Notes under the pieces: model-generated
What the model was told of the DNA's origin: nothing
The model's input: only the letters and a program-made list of their open reading frames with translations
The model's database searches: none
Made by a program: the position numbers and the translations under genes
Shown: positions 38,218 through 50,329 of the stretch, piece by piece
Position numbering within the stretch: the stretch's first letter is position 1
Layout: every line of letters starts with the position of its first letter
Source of the DNA: Mobula hypostoma
Taxonomy: Eukaryota
NCBI RefSeq assembly: GCF_963921235.1
Contig: NC_086097.1
Span: 97,590,001 to 97,654,000 of the forward strand
Length of the DNA: 64,000 nt
Direction of reading: 5' to 3'

Positions 38218-41200
38218 TGGAGCAGAATTTGGCCAATCGGCCCATCAAGCATGCTGTGCCATTTCATTATGGCTGATGCATTTCCTCTCAGCCCCAATGT
38301 TCTGCCTTCTCTCTGTAACCCTTCATGCCCTGACTAATCAAGAACCGATCAACTTCTGCCTTAAATATATCCAATGACTTGACCTTGACAGCTACTTTGG
38401 CTAAAGAAATTCCTCCAAGTCTGTTCTAAATGGACATCCTTCTTTTCTGAGGCTGTGTCCTCTGGTCCTAGACCTCCATCATGGGAAACATCCTCTCCAC
38501 ATCCACTCTATTGAGGCCTTTCACCATTCAATAGGTTTCAATGTGGTCACCTCTCATTCTTCTGAATTCCAGTGAGTACAGGCTCAGAGCCACCAAACGC
38601 TCCTTATCTGATGACCCTTTCAAACCCGGAATCATTTTCATGAACTTCCTTTGAACCTTCTCCAATAAGGGGCTCAAATCTGCTCACAATACACAGTGAG
38701 GCCTCACCGGTGCTCATAAAGCCTCAACATTATAAAAGCCTTGCTTTTATATTCTAGTCCTCTTGAAATGAATGCTAACATCACATTTGCCTTCCTCACC
38801 ACAGACTCAACCTGCAAATTAACCTGTAGGAAATCCTACACAAGGATTCCCAAGTCCTTTTCCACCTCTGTTTTTTGTATTTTACACTCCTGACACTGTG
38901 TCAGTCCTTCTGCAGGCTGCTTCATCAACAGTACCTTCCCCTCCACCTAGCTTCGTATCATCCACAAAGTCATTAATTCTATCATCCAAATCATTGATAT
39001 ATAACATTAAAAAAAGTGGTCCTGACACCAACACTCTTTGAACACCACTTGTCACTGGCAGCCAACCAGAAAAGGCCGCCTTTATTTCTACTCTTTGCCT
39101 CTGCCAATCAGCCAATGTTCTATCGTTGTTAGTATCTTTCCTGTACTACCATGGGCTCTTAACTTGTTAATCAGCCTCATGTATGGCACCTTGTCAAAGG
39201 CCTTCTTAAAATCCAAGTAAACAACATCCACCGTTTCTCCTTGTCTATCCTGCCTGCAATTTCATCAAAGAATTCCAACAGATTTGACAGGCAAGATTTT
39301 CCCTTAAGGAAACCATGCTGACTTCGACCTATTGTATCATGTTCCTTCAAGTACTCTCAAACTACATTCGTAACAATCAATTCCAACATCTTCGCTACCA
39401 CTCAGGTCAGACTAACTGGCCTATAATTGCTTCCTTCTGCCTCGCTCCCTTCTTGAAGGGTGGTGTGACATTTGCAATTTTTCAGTCCTCCGGAATCATA
39501 TCAGAATCTATTGATTCTTGAAAGATCATTACTAATGCCTCAAAATATTTTCAGCCGTCTCTTTCAAAACCCTGGGGTGCAGACCATCTGGTCCAGGTGA
39601 TTTATCTAACTTCACATATTTCAGTTTCCCAAGCACCTTCTCCGTAGTAATGGCAACTGCACTAACTTCTGCACCCCCCCCCCCCAAAACACTCCAACTT
39701 CTGGCATACTGCTAGTGTCTTCCATAGTGAAGACTGGTGCAAAATACTTACATAGTCTGCTCACTATTTCCTGTTCCCCCAGTACTACCTTTCCAGTGGT
39801 CTGATATCTACTCTTCCTCTTTTATTCTTTATATATCTGAAGAAACTTTTGGTATCCTTTAAAATTATTAGCTAGCTTACCTTTGTATTCTATCTTTACC
39901 TGAATTACTGTTTTAGTCCTTCTATTGGTTTTTAAAAGCTTCCCAATCCTCTAACTTCCTACTAATTTTTGTACTATTATATGCCCTCTCTTTGGCTTTT
40001 ATGTTAGCTGCAGTTGTGTCGTCTTTCTTTTAGAATACTTCATCCTCTTCGGGATGCATATACCTTGTGCCTTTCAAATTACTTCCAGAAATTCCAGCCA
40101 TTGCTGCTTTGCCATCATCACTGCCAGTGTTCTCTTCCAGTCAATTCTGGCCAACTCCTCTCTAATGCCTCTGTAATTCTCCTTACTCCATACATACATA
40201 CATACATCTGACTTTAGCTTCTCCTCTTCAAATTTCAGGGTGAATTCAATCATATTATGATCACTTTCCCCTAAGGGTTCTTTTACCTTAGGCTCGCTAA
40301 TCAATTTTGGTTCATTGCACAACACCCAATCCAGAATTACTGATACTCTGGTGGGCTCAACCACGAGCTGCTCTAAAAAGCCATCTCGTAGGCACTCTAG
40401 AAATTTCCCCCCTGGAATCCAGAACCAACCTGATCTTTCTGATCTAGTTGCATATTGAAGTCCTCATGACTATTGTAACATTGCCCTTTTGGCATGCATT
40501 TATCTCCCATTGTAATTTGTAGGCCACATCCTTACTACTGTTTGGGGGTCTGTATACAACTCCCACCAAGGTCTTTTAATTTGCAGTTTCTTAGCTCTAT
40601 CCACAATGATTCAACACCTTCCAACCCTATGTCAACTTTTTCTAATGATTTGATTTCATTTTTTTTACCAACAGAGAAATACCACCCCACGTCTATTCTT
40701 TAAATAAAATGTGTATCCTTGGACATTAAGCTCCCAGCTATAATCTTTTAGCTAAGATTCAGTGATGCCTACAACATATCTGCTGATCTGCAACTGTGCT
40801 GCAAGTTCATCTACCTTATTCTGTATACTGCGCATTCAGATACAATACCTTCAGTCCTCTATTCACCCTTTTTTGATGTTGTCTGCTTTTTACATTACAA
40901 CTCATCCTGTTAACTGCAATTTTGCCCTATCAGCAACCTTTCCTCACTATATATTGCCCCCTTTTTGTAAACCAACTAACTCATCTTCAGCACAATTATC
41001 CACCTCTCCTACGATACTTTTTGCATTGAAATATAGGCAGCTCAGGACACTAGTCGCACCATGTTCAACTTTTTGATTCCTGACTTTGTCTGAGGTCTTA
41101 CCAACACATGCCTCATAACCTCTCCACTATCTGTTCTGGCAGTCTGATTCCCATCCCCTGCAACTCTAGCTTAAACCCCACCGTGCAGCATTAACAAACC

Positions 41201-42110
41201 TTGCAACTAGGATATTAGTCCCCCCCAGTTCAAGTGCAAACCGTCCCTTCTGTACAGGCCCACCTTCCCTTGAAGAGAGCTCAATGATCCAAAAATTTTA
41301 TGCCCTCCCTCCTACACTAACTCCTTAGCCACATAATAAACTCTAATCTTTCTCGTTCTAGCCTCAACAGCACGAGGCACAGGTAGCAATCCTGAGATCA
41401 CAACTCTGGAAGACCTGCCCTTTAACTAGCACCTAACTCCCTGAACTCCTTATGCAAACCTCGTCACTCATCCTACCTATGTATTGGCACCTACGTGGAC
41501 TATGACTTCTGACTGTTCACCCTCCCACTTAAGAATGCTGAGGATTTGATCAGAGATGTCCTGGACCCTGGCACCCAAGAGGCAACATACCATCCGGGAA
41601 TTTTGTTCTTGCCCACAGAACCTCCTGTCTGTTCCCCTAACTGACGAATCCCCTATCACCATAGCACGCCTCTTCTATCCCCCCCACCCCACCCTTCTGA
41701 GCCACAGAGGCAGACTCATTGCCAGAGACCTGACCACTGTGACTTTCCTCTGGTAGGTCATCCCCACCTGGACAGTATCCAAAGTGATGTACGTGTTATC
41801 GAAGGGGATGGGCACAGGTACTCTGCACTGGCTCCTTAATCCCTTTCCCCTTCCTGACTGTCACCCAGTTTCCTGTGTCCTACAGCCTGGGTGTAACTAC
41901 CTCTCTATATGTCATACCTTTCACCCCTTCAGCTTCCTGAATGTTCCTGAGTTCATCCAGTTCCACCTCCAATTGCTTAACGCAGCTTGTTAGAAGCTCT
42001 AGCTAGATGCACTTCTCACAGTCGTAGTGGTCAGGGAAACTAGAGGTCTCCCTGCCTTCCCACTTCCCGCAGGAGAAGCATTTCACTACCCTGACTGGCA
42101 TCTCTATTGT
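38218..42110 (-). mobile_element. Old near full-length CR1, heavily decayed
   Basis: 3' UTR, RT (LYINDLD, FVDDTKLGG), APE (GESDHNMIEF) and ORF1 esterase (VIGDSSVRG) remnants in the expected order. Confidence 0.88.
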
Positions 42111-42179
42111 CCTAGCTGAAGAGAAGGGGGACAAAAACTTGAGCCTCTCTTTCCATTGCTTTCTCTGAGTGAAGCCTCT

Positions 42180-43260
42180 CTTTGCTATAATCTTCTTTCA
42201 GTGAGCCACAATTCAGTGATGCCCACAACATCATATATGCTGATCTCTAATTGTGCTACAGATTCATCTACAGTACCTTATTTCATACACTGCATTCATT
42301 CAACTGTAACACCATCAGTCCTGTATTCATCAACCTTTTTTGATTTTGTCCTGTTACATTGTAGCTTATCCAGTTGACTGCAATATTGCCCTATCATCAA
42401 TCTGTCCTCGCTAGCAGTGTCACTACACACTGACTCTGTTTGTAAACCAACTGGCCCATCCTCATTCCCATCTCTCTGGTTCCCATCACCCTGTCAAAAT
42501 AGTTTATGCCCTCCTAAACAGCTCTAGCAAACCCGCCTACAACAATTTTGATTCCCCTCTGGTTCAGGAGTAACCTGTCCCTTTTGTACAGGTTGTACCT
42601 TCACCAGAAGAGATCCCAATGATTCAGAAATCTGAACTCCTGCCCACTGCACCTGTTCATCAGCCACACATTTATCTGTCAAATGCTCCTCTCCTTACCC
42701 TCACTGCCACTTGGCACAGGCAGCAATGTCATTGGTTCCAATATCTGGCCACTCACCCCTCCCCCTGCCCCTTTAGGATGCCGTGAACCTGATCTGAGAC
42801 ATCCCTGACTCTCGTACCGAGGAGGCAACAGACCATCCGGATGTCTCTATCGCGTCCATAGAATCTCGTCTGTAGTCCTCTAACTATGTAATCTCCTATC
42901 ACTACTGCAGTCCTTCTCACATCTCTCCTCTTCTGAGCCACAGCACCAGATTTCGGGTTGCTGCGGCTTCCACCCCCCCCCCCCGGGGTAGGTCGTCTCC
43001 TCAATAGTTTCCAAACAGTATTCTTATTACTGAGGGCAATGGCTCAGAGGTACTCTACGGGATGCTCCTTTTACCTTTTTTTTCTCCTGACGGTCACTCA
43101 GTTACCTGCCTCCTGCAAACAAAAGCTGAATATCTCCCTGTAGCCCCTATTACTACCTCATTCTCCTGTCCTGCAACTCTAGTTCCGTAACTCGTTCTGT
43201 GAGGAGTTGCAGCTCGGTGCAGATGTGGTTATCCGAGAGGTTGGAGGTCTCCCACAATCA
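42180..43260 (-). mobile_element. Second old CR1 5' fragment (ORF1 and start of ORF2)
   Basis: AVVIGDYIVRG..VCCLLGTRVRDVS esterase remnant; repeats sequence seen at 40740-41300. Confidence 0.8.
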
Positions 43261-43369
43261 GGAAGCAAGTTGGTGACCTACTCGCACCCTGATCACATTT
43301 ACTAAGCACCTGAACCCATTAAGGACCTTTTTATTTTAAAACACTTCTTTAGAATCTTATTCATAGGCA

Positions 43370-43940
43370 CCTTCCACGTCAGCCATGTACCCATTAATGT
43401 ACCTACACTGTCAGGTCGACAACATGGCGCTATATAAATACAACTATGCAGCTCTTTTCCCTCTATTTCTGCGGCCACATTGGCGCATGCGCAGACTTGC
43501 GGGCGGAGGGCGGTGCACGTGATGTTGGTCACGGGACTCCCGTGCGCAGGCACGCAAGCAAGCGCGCCGGCGCTCTGAGGACGCGCGCGGGCCCGAGCGC
43601 CGAGAGTTTGTTTTGGGCTGCCGGCCGGGCCGTATCCACCGCCAGGATGCACGACGCATACGAACCGGTGCCGATCTTGGAGAAGCTGCCGCTGCAGATC
43701 GATTGCATGGCGGCCTGGGGTAAGGTGCTGGGCCGGGGAGATCTCTCGCCTGCGGGCTAAGACTGACAGGAAGAGCAGGGGTTGTCAGGGATCCCTGTCA
43801 GGATGTTAGGAATTGGTGGATTGAGGCAAGACGGTACTACCGTTAAATAAACACCGTATACGTAGTTAAAATATCAACGCCGGTGTTGGGGGAAGGAGAG
43901 GTACGCGGAGAACAACGTTTGTGTCGCCTGGTGATGACAT
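43370..43940 (+). promoter_or_regulatory. CpG-island promoter of VPS39
   Basis: Dense CpG around exon 1. NRF1 motif GCGCATGCGC at 43483-43492, GC boxes at 43501-43513, E-box CACGTG at 43516-43521, YY1-like AACATGGCG at 43421-43429. Confidence 0.85.
43647..43719 (+). CDS. VPS39: VPS39 (HOPS subunit, Vam6) coding exon 1: MHDAYEPVPILEKLPLQIDCMAAW
   Basis: Nearly identical to the VPS39 N-terminus (human MHDAFEPVPILEKLPLQIDCLAAW, from memory); gccaggATG context; GTAAGG donor, phase 1. Confidence 0.97.
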
Positions 43941-44214
43941 CATCAAAGTAACCAAACTAAAATCTGTGGGATTAGAGATGGGTTCAACTGATTCTTCCTC
44001 CGGGGTTTGGCCAGTTTACAATTTAAAACAACAATGCTGTCTTTCACCCTTAGACATGGATTTGCATGGTTTCCTCTTTAATGAAGGTGTAATGATATTC
44101 CCGCGCACCAACACATGCTAGCTGTGAGAAAAGGCTAGTTACTGTAGTTGCCTACCTTTGGCACAGTTCCTTTCTTTGAATCTGTTTAGCCCATCCATGT
44201 TTGCTTGCAGAATA

Positions 44215-44421
44215 CATCAAAGTTGCTGGTGAACGCAGGAGGCCAGGCAGCATCTCTAGGAAGAGGTACAGTCGATGTTTCGGGCAGAGACCCTTTGTCA
44301 GGACTCTTCTCAGCCTGAAACGTCGACTGTACCGCTTCCTAGAGATGCTGCCTGGCCTGCTGTGTTCACCAGCAACTTTTATGTGTGTTGCTTGAAATTC
44401 CAGCATCTGCAGATTTCCTCC
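44215..44421. mobile_element. Penelope-derived hairpin mini-element
   Basis: Inverted pair of the termini of the 18843-20964 element plus a one-sided tail. Flanked by tgtttgcttgcagaata and tgtttgctcgtagaata (44198-44214 and 44422-44438). Confidence 0.88.
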
Positions 44422-45949
44422 TGTTTGCTCGTAGAATAGTTTTATTTATTCCTGTTCTTCCATAGTTTCCTTGTGGCTTGATATATTCTCTGACGTCACT
44501 GTTCTGTACTCAGTTTCCCTACCTTAACAGTCAGTGAATTCAAGATCACAACCATTCTGTGTCTTTTTCAAAACATGGTAGTGTATTTTCTAGTGCTTTG
44601 TTTCTGTTAGTTGGTTCTCAAACTATCCACTAGCACCAAAAGATCATTTCAATGTATCCTGCCTACACCATCATGACCTTGTACACCTCTTCCAAATTTC
44701 CTCTCAGCTACCTATGTTCCAAGTACTACAAACCAGCTTCTTCAATTCTAACCTACACTTGAAATTCCTCATTCCCAGAGCTAGTATAGCAAACCTCTAA
44801 CTGTTTTCACAGCATACAGAGATGTACGTAGGATCTGAGTGAAAGGAAGAGTGTATGAAAGGGAAAGAGCTGTGGAGTGAAGGTGTTGAGTATGTCACAG
44901 ATCAACTTCAATTCTGTCATCGTCATTATGAGCTGTGTGGTATGATGTGGGTGATCATGATTGTTCTTGGCAAATAGTTCTATAAAAGGGATTTGATATT
45001 TCCTTCTTCTGGGCAGCGACTTTACAACACAGGTGACCCCAGCCATTATCAATACTCTTATGAGATTGTCTGCCTGACGTCAGTGGTTGCATAATCAAGA
45101 CTTACGATATGCACCAGCTGTTCATACGACTATCCACTACCTGCTCCTACGGCTTCACATGACCCTGATCGGGGCCTAAGCAGGTGCTACACCTTGCCCA
45201 ATGGTGACCTGGAGGCCAGCAGGGGGAACATGTGCTTTTGGTAGAGATGTATCTCCACCCCACCACCTAGGATTATGTGATACCAAGGCTGAAAGCTTAG
45301 CTTTTGAGGACAGGTGGTATAGACTTGCTAACTTCCTCAGATATGGAAGGTGGAAAGATGATATAATTGAGGTTCAAGTTGATTAAAGACAATGGCGTAA
45401 GATACTATTACTCTCTGGGAAATCTAGAACTAACAGCAGCTCTGTAAGTAGAAGGGGTAAGCAAGACAAATACATTTTCTGCAGAAAGAAAATGGAGTTT
45501 TGGATCTGTCTTTTCCAAAATCTTATTGAGGCTGAGAAATTAAAACAAATATTACTGATTTTGCTATATGTTGTTGGTTTGTGTTAAGCAGTCAGGATAG
45601 ATAGATAGAGATGCAGATTAGGTAAGATTTAACTGAATTGTAGAACGGACTCAAGGACAGCTTAAGCTGTTGCTATATTCCTTCCTGTCATTCTGCTGTG
45701 TTCCAATAGCATCATGTACACATTAAACCGGGGCTTTAAAATTCTTCTGCATTAAAATAATTCTCAGTGGTTCTCTCAGCTATTTTTCATTACATTGTGT
45801 ACTTCTATAGAAACTAATGAAAAGTGAACCAGGATTTGTGGTTAAATATTCTGTCATGTTTCTGGATCAGTACTTCTTGTGTGGGCTAGGATGATGGATA
45901 AAACAACCGGGTCATGGAAACAACTTGGTGATGTATGGATGTCAACAAA

Positions 45950-46517
45950 TACACTCAAAACTTCTATAGTTGTACTGTGGAGAGCATTCTGACAGGCTGC
46001 ATCACTGTCTGGTATGGAGGGGCTACTGCACAGGACTGAAAGAAGCTGCAGAAGGTTGTAAATCTAGTCAGCTGCATCTTGAGCACTATCCTACAAAGTA
46101 CCCAGGACATCTTCAAGGAGCAGTGTCTCAGAAAGGCAGCATCCATTATTAAGGACCTCCAGCACCCAGCACCCAGGGCATGCCCTTTTCTCACTGTTGC
46201 CATCAGGTAGGAGGTACAGAAGCCTGAAGGCACACACTCAGCGATTCAGGAACAGCTTCTTCCCCTCTCCTATCTGATTCCTAAATGGACATTGAAGCTT
46301 TGGACACTACTTCACTTCTTTTAATATACAGTATTTCTGTTTTTGCACATTTAAAAAAATTTATTTAATATATGTAATTGATTTACTTGTTTATTTATTA
46401 TGTTTTATTTAATTTTTTTCTCTCTCTCTGCAAGATTATGTATTTCATTGAACTGCTGCTGCTAAGTTATCAAATTTCACGTCACATGCCGGTGATAATA
46501 AAACTGATTCTGATTCT
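45950..46517 (+). mobile_element. Rex1/Babar-type LINE 3' fragment
   Basis: Encodes CTVESILTGCITVWYG and KAASIIKD..HP; ends aataaaactgattctgattct. Confidence 0.82.
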
Positions 46518-46818
46518 AGCAATTCCTTTAGTCAAGTGGTTCTCAACCTTTTTCTGTTTGTGGCTCGCTCTCTTCTGATTTTCATTTTCCTCTGTGGCCC
46601 TACCCTCTGTAGTCTCCATTAGTTTCTAAAGTTGTTTTTTTGTTGGTCAACTGTACCAACTATTTTAACATACAGTTAATATGTTTTAACAGGTTATAGT
46701 TATTATATGTTAAATATAATGCTACAGGTGTATATGAAAACTAAAACTAAATCAAAGCTCTGAATAGCACATTTATATGCTGTATAAAATTCTTCCAAAA
46801 AAGCTCCTTGTATTGTTA

Positions 46819-47034
46819 ACTGAAAATAATCTGCAGATGCTGGGGTCAAAACAACGTTCACAACACGCTGGAGGAACTCAGCAGGTCAGGCAGCATCCGT
46901 GGAAACGATGAGTCGACGTTTCGGGCCGGAACCCTTCGTCAGGATTCGCGAAGGGTTCCGGCCCGAAACGTCGACTCATCGTTTCCACGGATGCTGCCCG
47001 ACCTGCTAAGTTCCTCCAGCGTGTTGTGAGTGTT
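46819..47034. mobile_element. Young Penelope-derived near-perfect hairpin element
   Basis: Arms at about 46853-46938 and 46949-47034, a 10 nt loop, a 34 nt one-sided tail and CpGs retained. 13 bp TSD ccttRtattgtta (46806-46818 and 47035-47047). Confidence 0.92.
46910..46947 (-). ncRNA. Minimal type I hammerhead ribozyme motif
   Basis: Minus strand GAATC-CTGACGA-AGGGTTCCGGCCC-GAAA-C-GTC-GACTC: intact CUGANGA and GAAA boxes, a GUC cleavage triplet, a short stem II and a stem I with one mismatch. Such motifs are known in Penelope pseudo-LTRs; activity is untested. Confidence 0.62.
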
Positions 47035-47474
47035 CCTTATATTGTTACTTTGGATATTTAGTGAGATCCTTGCTGCTGATGCAAACTGGCGAGTTTTTGA
47101 ATGTCTGGTTGCACTTGGTTAAAGATAATTGAAGATCACCTTTTTTCACAACATCAAGATGGTTGCGAGCTTTTGCTAACGGCTAAAACCACATTCAACT
47201 CCATAAAAGGAGGGAAATCCAATTAAAAACAACTTTGCTTTCTCCCAGAATTCTGAAAATTTATTTTGAATATCACTAGTTATCCAAAAATTTTGCTTGC
47301 TGTGTTTGAATTTTGCTTGTGCTGTCATGTCACTCTGCTGGTCAATTTTTGTGATGCCAACATTATTTACATTCAACCAAAATGGATCCACCACCCAGTC
47401 TGGAATAAGCATTTCCAGTAGGTCTCTGAACCGAAATTCCATATAGTGTGCAGTTGTTTCAAATGATCATAATA

Positions 47475-47605
47475 TACAAGAGAAAATCTGCAGATGCTGT
47501 AAATCCAAGCAACACACACAAAATCCTGGAGGAATTCTGCAAGCCAGGCTGCATCTATGGAAAAAAGTACAGTCAACATTTTAGGCCAAGACCCTTTGGC
47601 AGAAT
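47475..47605 (-). mobile_element. Single-arm Penelope terminal fragment
   Basis: gagaaaatctgcagatgctg..gcaacacacacaaaat..cagtcaacattttaggccaagacccttt. Confidence 0.8.
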
Positions 47606-47912
47606 AGTATATTGATAAAATATAATCAAATCGTCTTGCAATTCTATTTTAGAGTGGCCAGTGAAGGAAATTGCTTAAACTTGCAATGTCCGATATTGTT
47701 GCTAAATAGTTTTGAGTTTTCTAAGGAAAGTTTTTCCCTGGAACTGCTTGTTTAATAAACTGTTTTATCAAATATACTGTATTTGACAGGTAAAATACGT
47801 CACACTTGGCAGTGACAATTTGTTCTCCAAGCTACTTATCACTTAGAAATGCTACAATATTATCCCAAAGTACAACAAAGCGAAGAAGACTTTTTGATTA
47901 CTATTAGATCTC

Positions 47913-48471
47913 TGAGAGAGTTACTGGTAGATACAAAGCAGCTTCTGTATTCGACAAAACAAGGTACAGCAGGCATCTTACGGAGACGCTTTTGGTGGAA
48001 AGGTCTGCTGGCCCGGTGTGGGGCTCGATATTTATTTGCTAAACACAAAGGACAATTGCATATTTACAAGTATAGAGAATGCTTTCTTTTAAGCTACATA
48101 CAAACTTCACACCTTCTGATCTGCATCCATCCTACAGGCGCCAGCAGCGTCTGGATTGGGCTTTCAGGAATCCGTTGTTCCAAACTAAATCCACAATACA
48201 TTTATTTGGTATTTTACATGCTAAACATAAAGGACAATTCCATATTTACAAAGTATAGATAATGCTTTCTTTGAAACTACATGAAAACTTCACACCTTCT
48301 GGTTCACGTCCATCCCACAGACCCCAGCATCGTCTGTGGACTGGGATTCACAGCTTCTAGGAAATTCATTGTTACAAACTAAATCCACAAAACATTGTCA
48401 AGGAATAGAAGACTGGTGGCCAAAGCCATTTGCTAAATGTAAATGACCTAAACCCAAAAATCACTCTAACA
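47913..48471 (-). mobile_element. Probable solo LTR with an internal ~170 bp tandem duplication
   Basis: Imperfect inverted ends tgagagagt and actctaaca; duplicated blocks at 48037-48202 and 48219-48396. Confidence 0.5.
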
Positions 48472-50329
48472 CTCTGTATGCATTAGTAGAGTTCAAAATC
48501 TTCTGTTTCCTCACCAAATCGTCAAAAAAGATAATCTTGAAGTGCATTTTAGGTTTCAATAGGTATATTTAATGTCAGAGAGATGTATACAATATACATC
48601 CTGAAATTCTTTTTCTTCACAAACATCCACGAAAATAGAGGAGTGCCCCAAAGAATGAATGACAGTTAAATGTTAGAACCCCAAAGCTCCCCCAGCTCTC
48701 CCCTCCCACACACAAGCAGCAGCAAAGCAACGACCCCCCCCCGCAACAACTCAAGCGTGCAGTAAAGCATCAATAAAGACATAGATTTGCAGTACCCCAA
48801 AGACTATTTGTTTGCCTGGTAATTCAACATACAAGCTCGCTGTCTCCCTAATAACGGAGAAAGAGGTGTCCCAGTTAAATAGCGAGAGGGGAGTCATAAC
48901 AAAGCAGTTCGCTGATTTATGATGTTAAAAGTCTGTTGCGTTGCTTTTTCCGAGCTCTGTACCCGAAGAACTTTGGTCTCTGGGCACACAACCAGTTCGC
49001 TGCTTACAGTCTTCCGTCTCCCACGATACTTTAGGCAGTGGCACCGGCCTTGAATCCGCCCACCTCCAGAGCCTGAAAATCCGGCACCCTGAAGGTGCGC
49101 TAGTCTTCCAGGCCGTGTCCTTGGCATGTCAAAAAGCAGCTAGTCGTGAGGCCCCAAGAGCAGGTCCCATTTCTGCAAAGAACCAAAGTCAGTGTGTAAC
49201 TCCAGGTCAGGGTCTTCAAAAGAACCCTGAAAGGGAAAGATAGAGATATCAAAGATAGAAATGAAGCTGTTTCCGAAGATGCAAGCAAAGGAGTTGCCAT
49301 TAGGTGCCATCATCCTCCTAAGCTCTTCCTAAATGCTTTGAATTGATGAAGTTGATGGCCATTATTACAGCAACAAGGGTGTCATGCAAATATCCTCCTA
49401 ATTGTTTTGAATAACAAAGTAATGATAATCACTAGCTGGTTGAGCATGTTGCAGGGTGTCCTGCAGGGCCATGTCTGTCTCCTCATTGTATAATCAGTGA
49501 TTTAGGGGTGGATATGGAACTGTTGGAGCCTATGTTTTGCAGTTTGGAGACTGTTTGCGTGTTTCAGCTCAGCAGTTGAGAGGATCCCGAGAGGCAGCAT
49601 GAGTGAACGTTGTGGTGAGAAGGCTGCAGGATGGGGTGAGAGCCAATGTTCAACTCCGTATTGGAGCCTAAAGCTTCCATTGTTCGCTGATTAAAGCAAC
49701 GGGTGAGATTGAAACATCGAGGGGAATGTGGAAGCTTGGAGATCATTTGGCTGCTTCAGTGCTCTGAATCTCCTAGAGGATTCCAGGAGGCAGAGGCAGT
49801 GTACGCAAACTTCACGGACGGAAGGCTCCAGGACACAAGCTATTGTTCGATTCCGTTTCACCGATTACAGCTTCCGCTGTTCACTGATTAAAGCAACAAG
49901 GAAAATTGAAGCATCGGGGCAAGGGTGGAGTGTGGGCACCAGTTATGGAGAGAGAAAGGCCTGTGGCCGGGCCCCGAGGCGAGAAAGGTCTGTCCAGGTT
50001 TTCTGCAACATGAACTATAGACTTTTCTAAAGTCTTACCGTTTTTTCATATTCTCTGTTTTTGCCTGATCTTTCTTGTTTTTTTGTGTGTGTGGTGGTGG
50101 GGTGAGGGATCAATGTGCCTGTTCCATTTTGTTCATATTTTTGTGCAGGAGGAGGGAATTGGGGGTTGATGTGCCTGTTCCTTTCCATTTTGTGCAGGAT
50201 GAGGGATGTGGGAGTTGATGATCGTGTTTCCTTTCTCTTCTTTCTTGGTTTCATGGCAACCTGGAGAGGAAATGAACCTTTGAACTTTGGCAATTAGATC
50301 TTTGACTTAATGACCAATGAATTGCAATC

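Larger units (their letters stand above)
46533..47760 (-). mobile_element. hAT-Charlie/Buster transposon remnant interrupted by two Penelope insertions
   Basis: TIR-like caagtggttctcaacctt; transposase C-terminus FRDL..IPDWVVDPF..FW..FPSFYGVECGFS. Far boundary uncertain. Confidence 0.75.

Noticed and set aside
43421..43440. TATA-like tatataaata suggesting a separate small-RNA gene
   Set aside because: No recognisable snRNA or tRNA body or Pol III terminator follows; better explained as part of the VPS39 promoter.
43302..43760. ORFs across the CpG island, including the 104 aa ORF containing MHDAYEP
   Set aside because: GC-rich DNA is poor in stop codons. The real coding part is 43647-43719, spliced at GTAAGG.
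47849..48262. 137 aa plus-strand ORF
   Set aside because: Runs through a probable solo LTR and its tandem duplication; no protein motif recognised.
48552..50290. Two repeat-like blocks with tandem tails and an internal direct repeat (ctgattaaagcaac near 49687 and 49884)
   Set aside because: Probably non-autonomous retroelements, but I cannot support a family assignment or exact boundaries.
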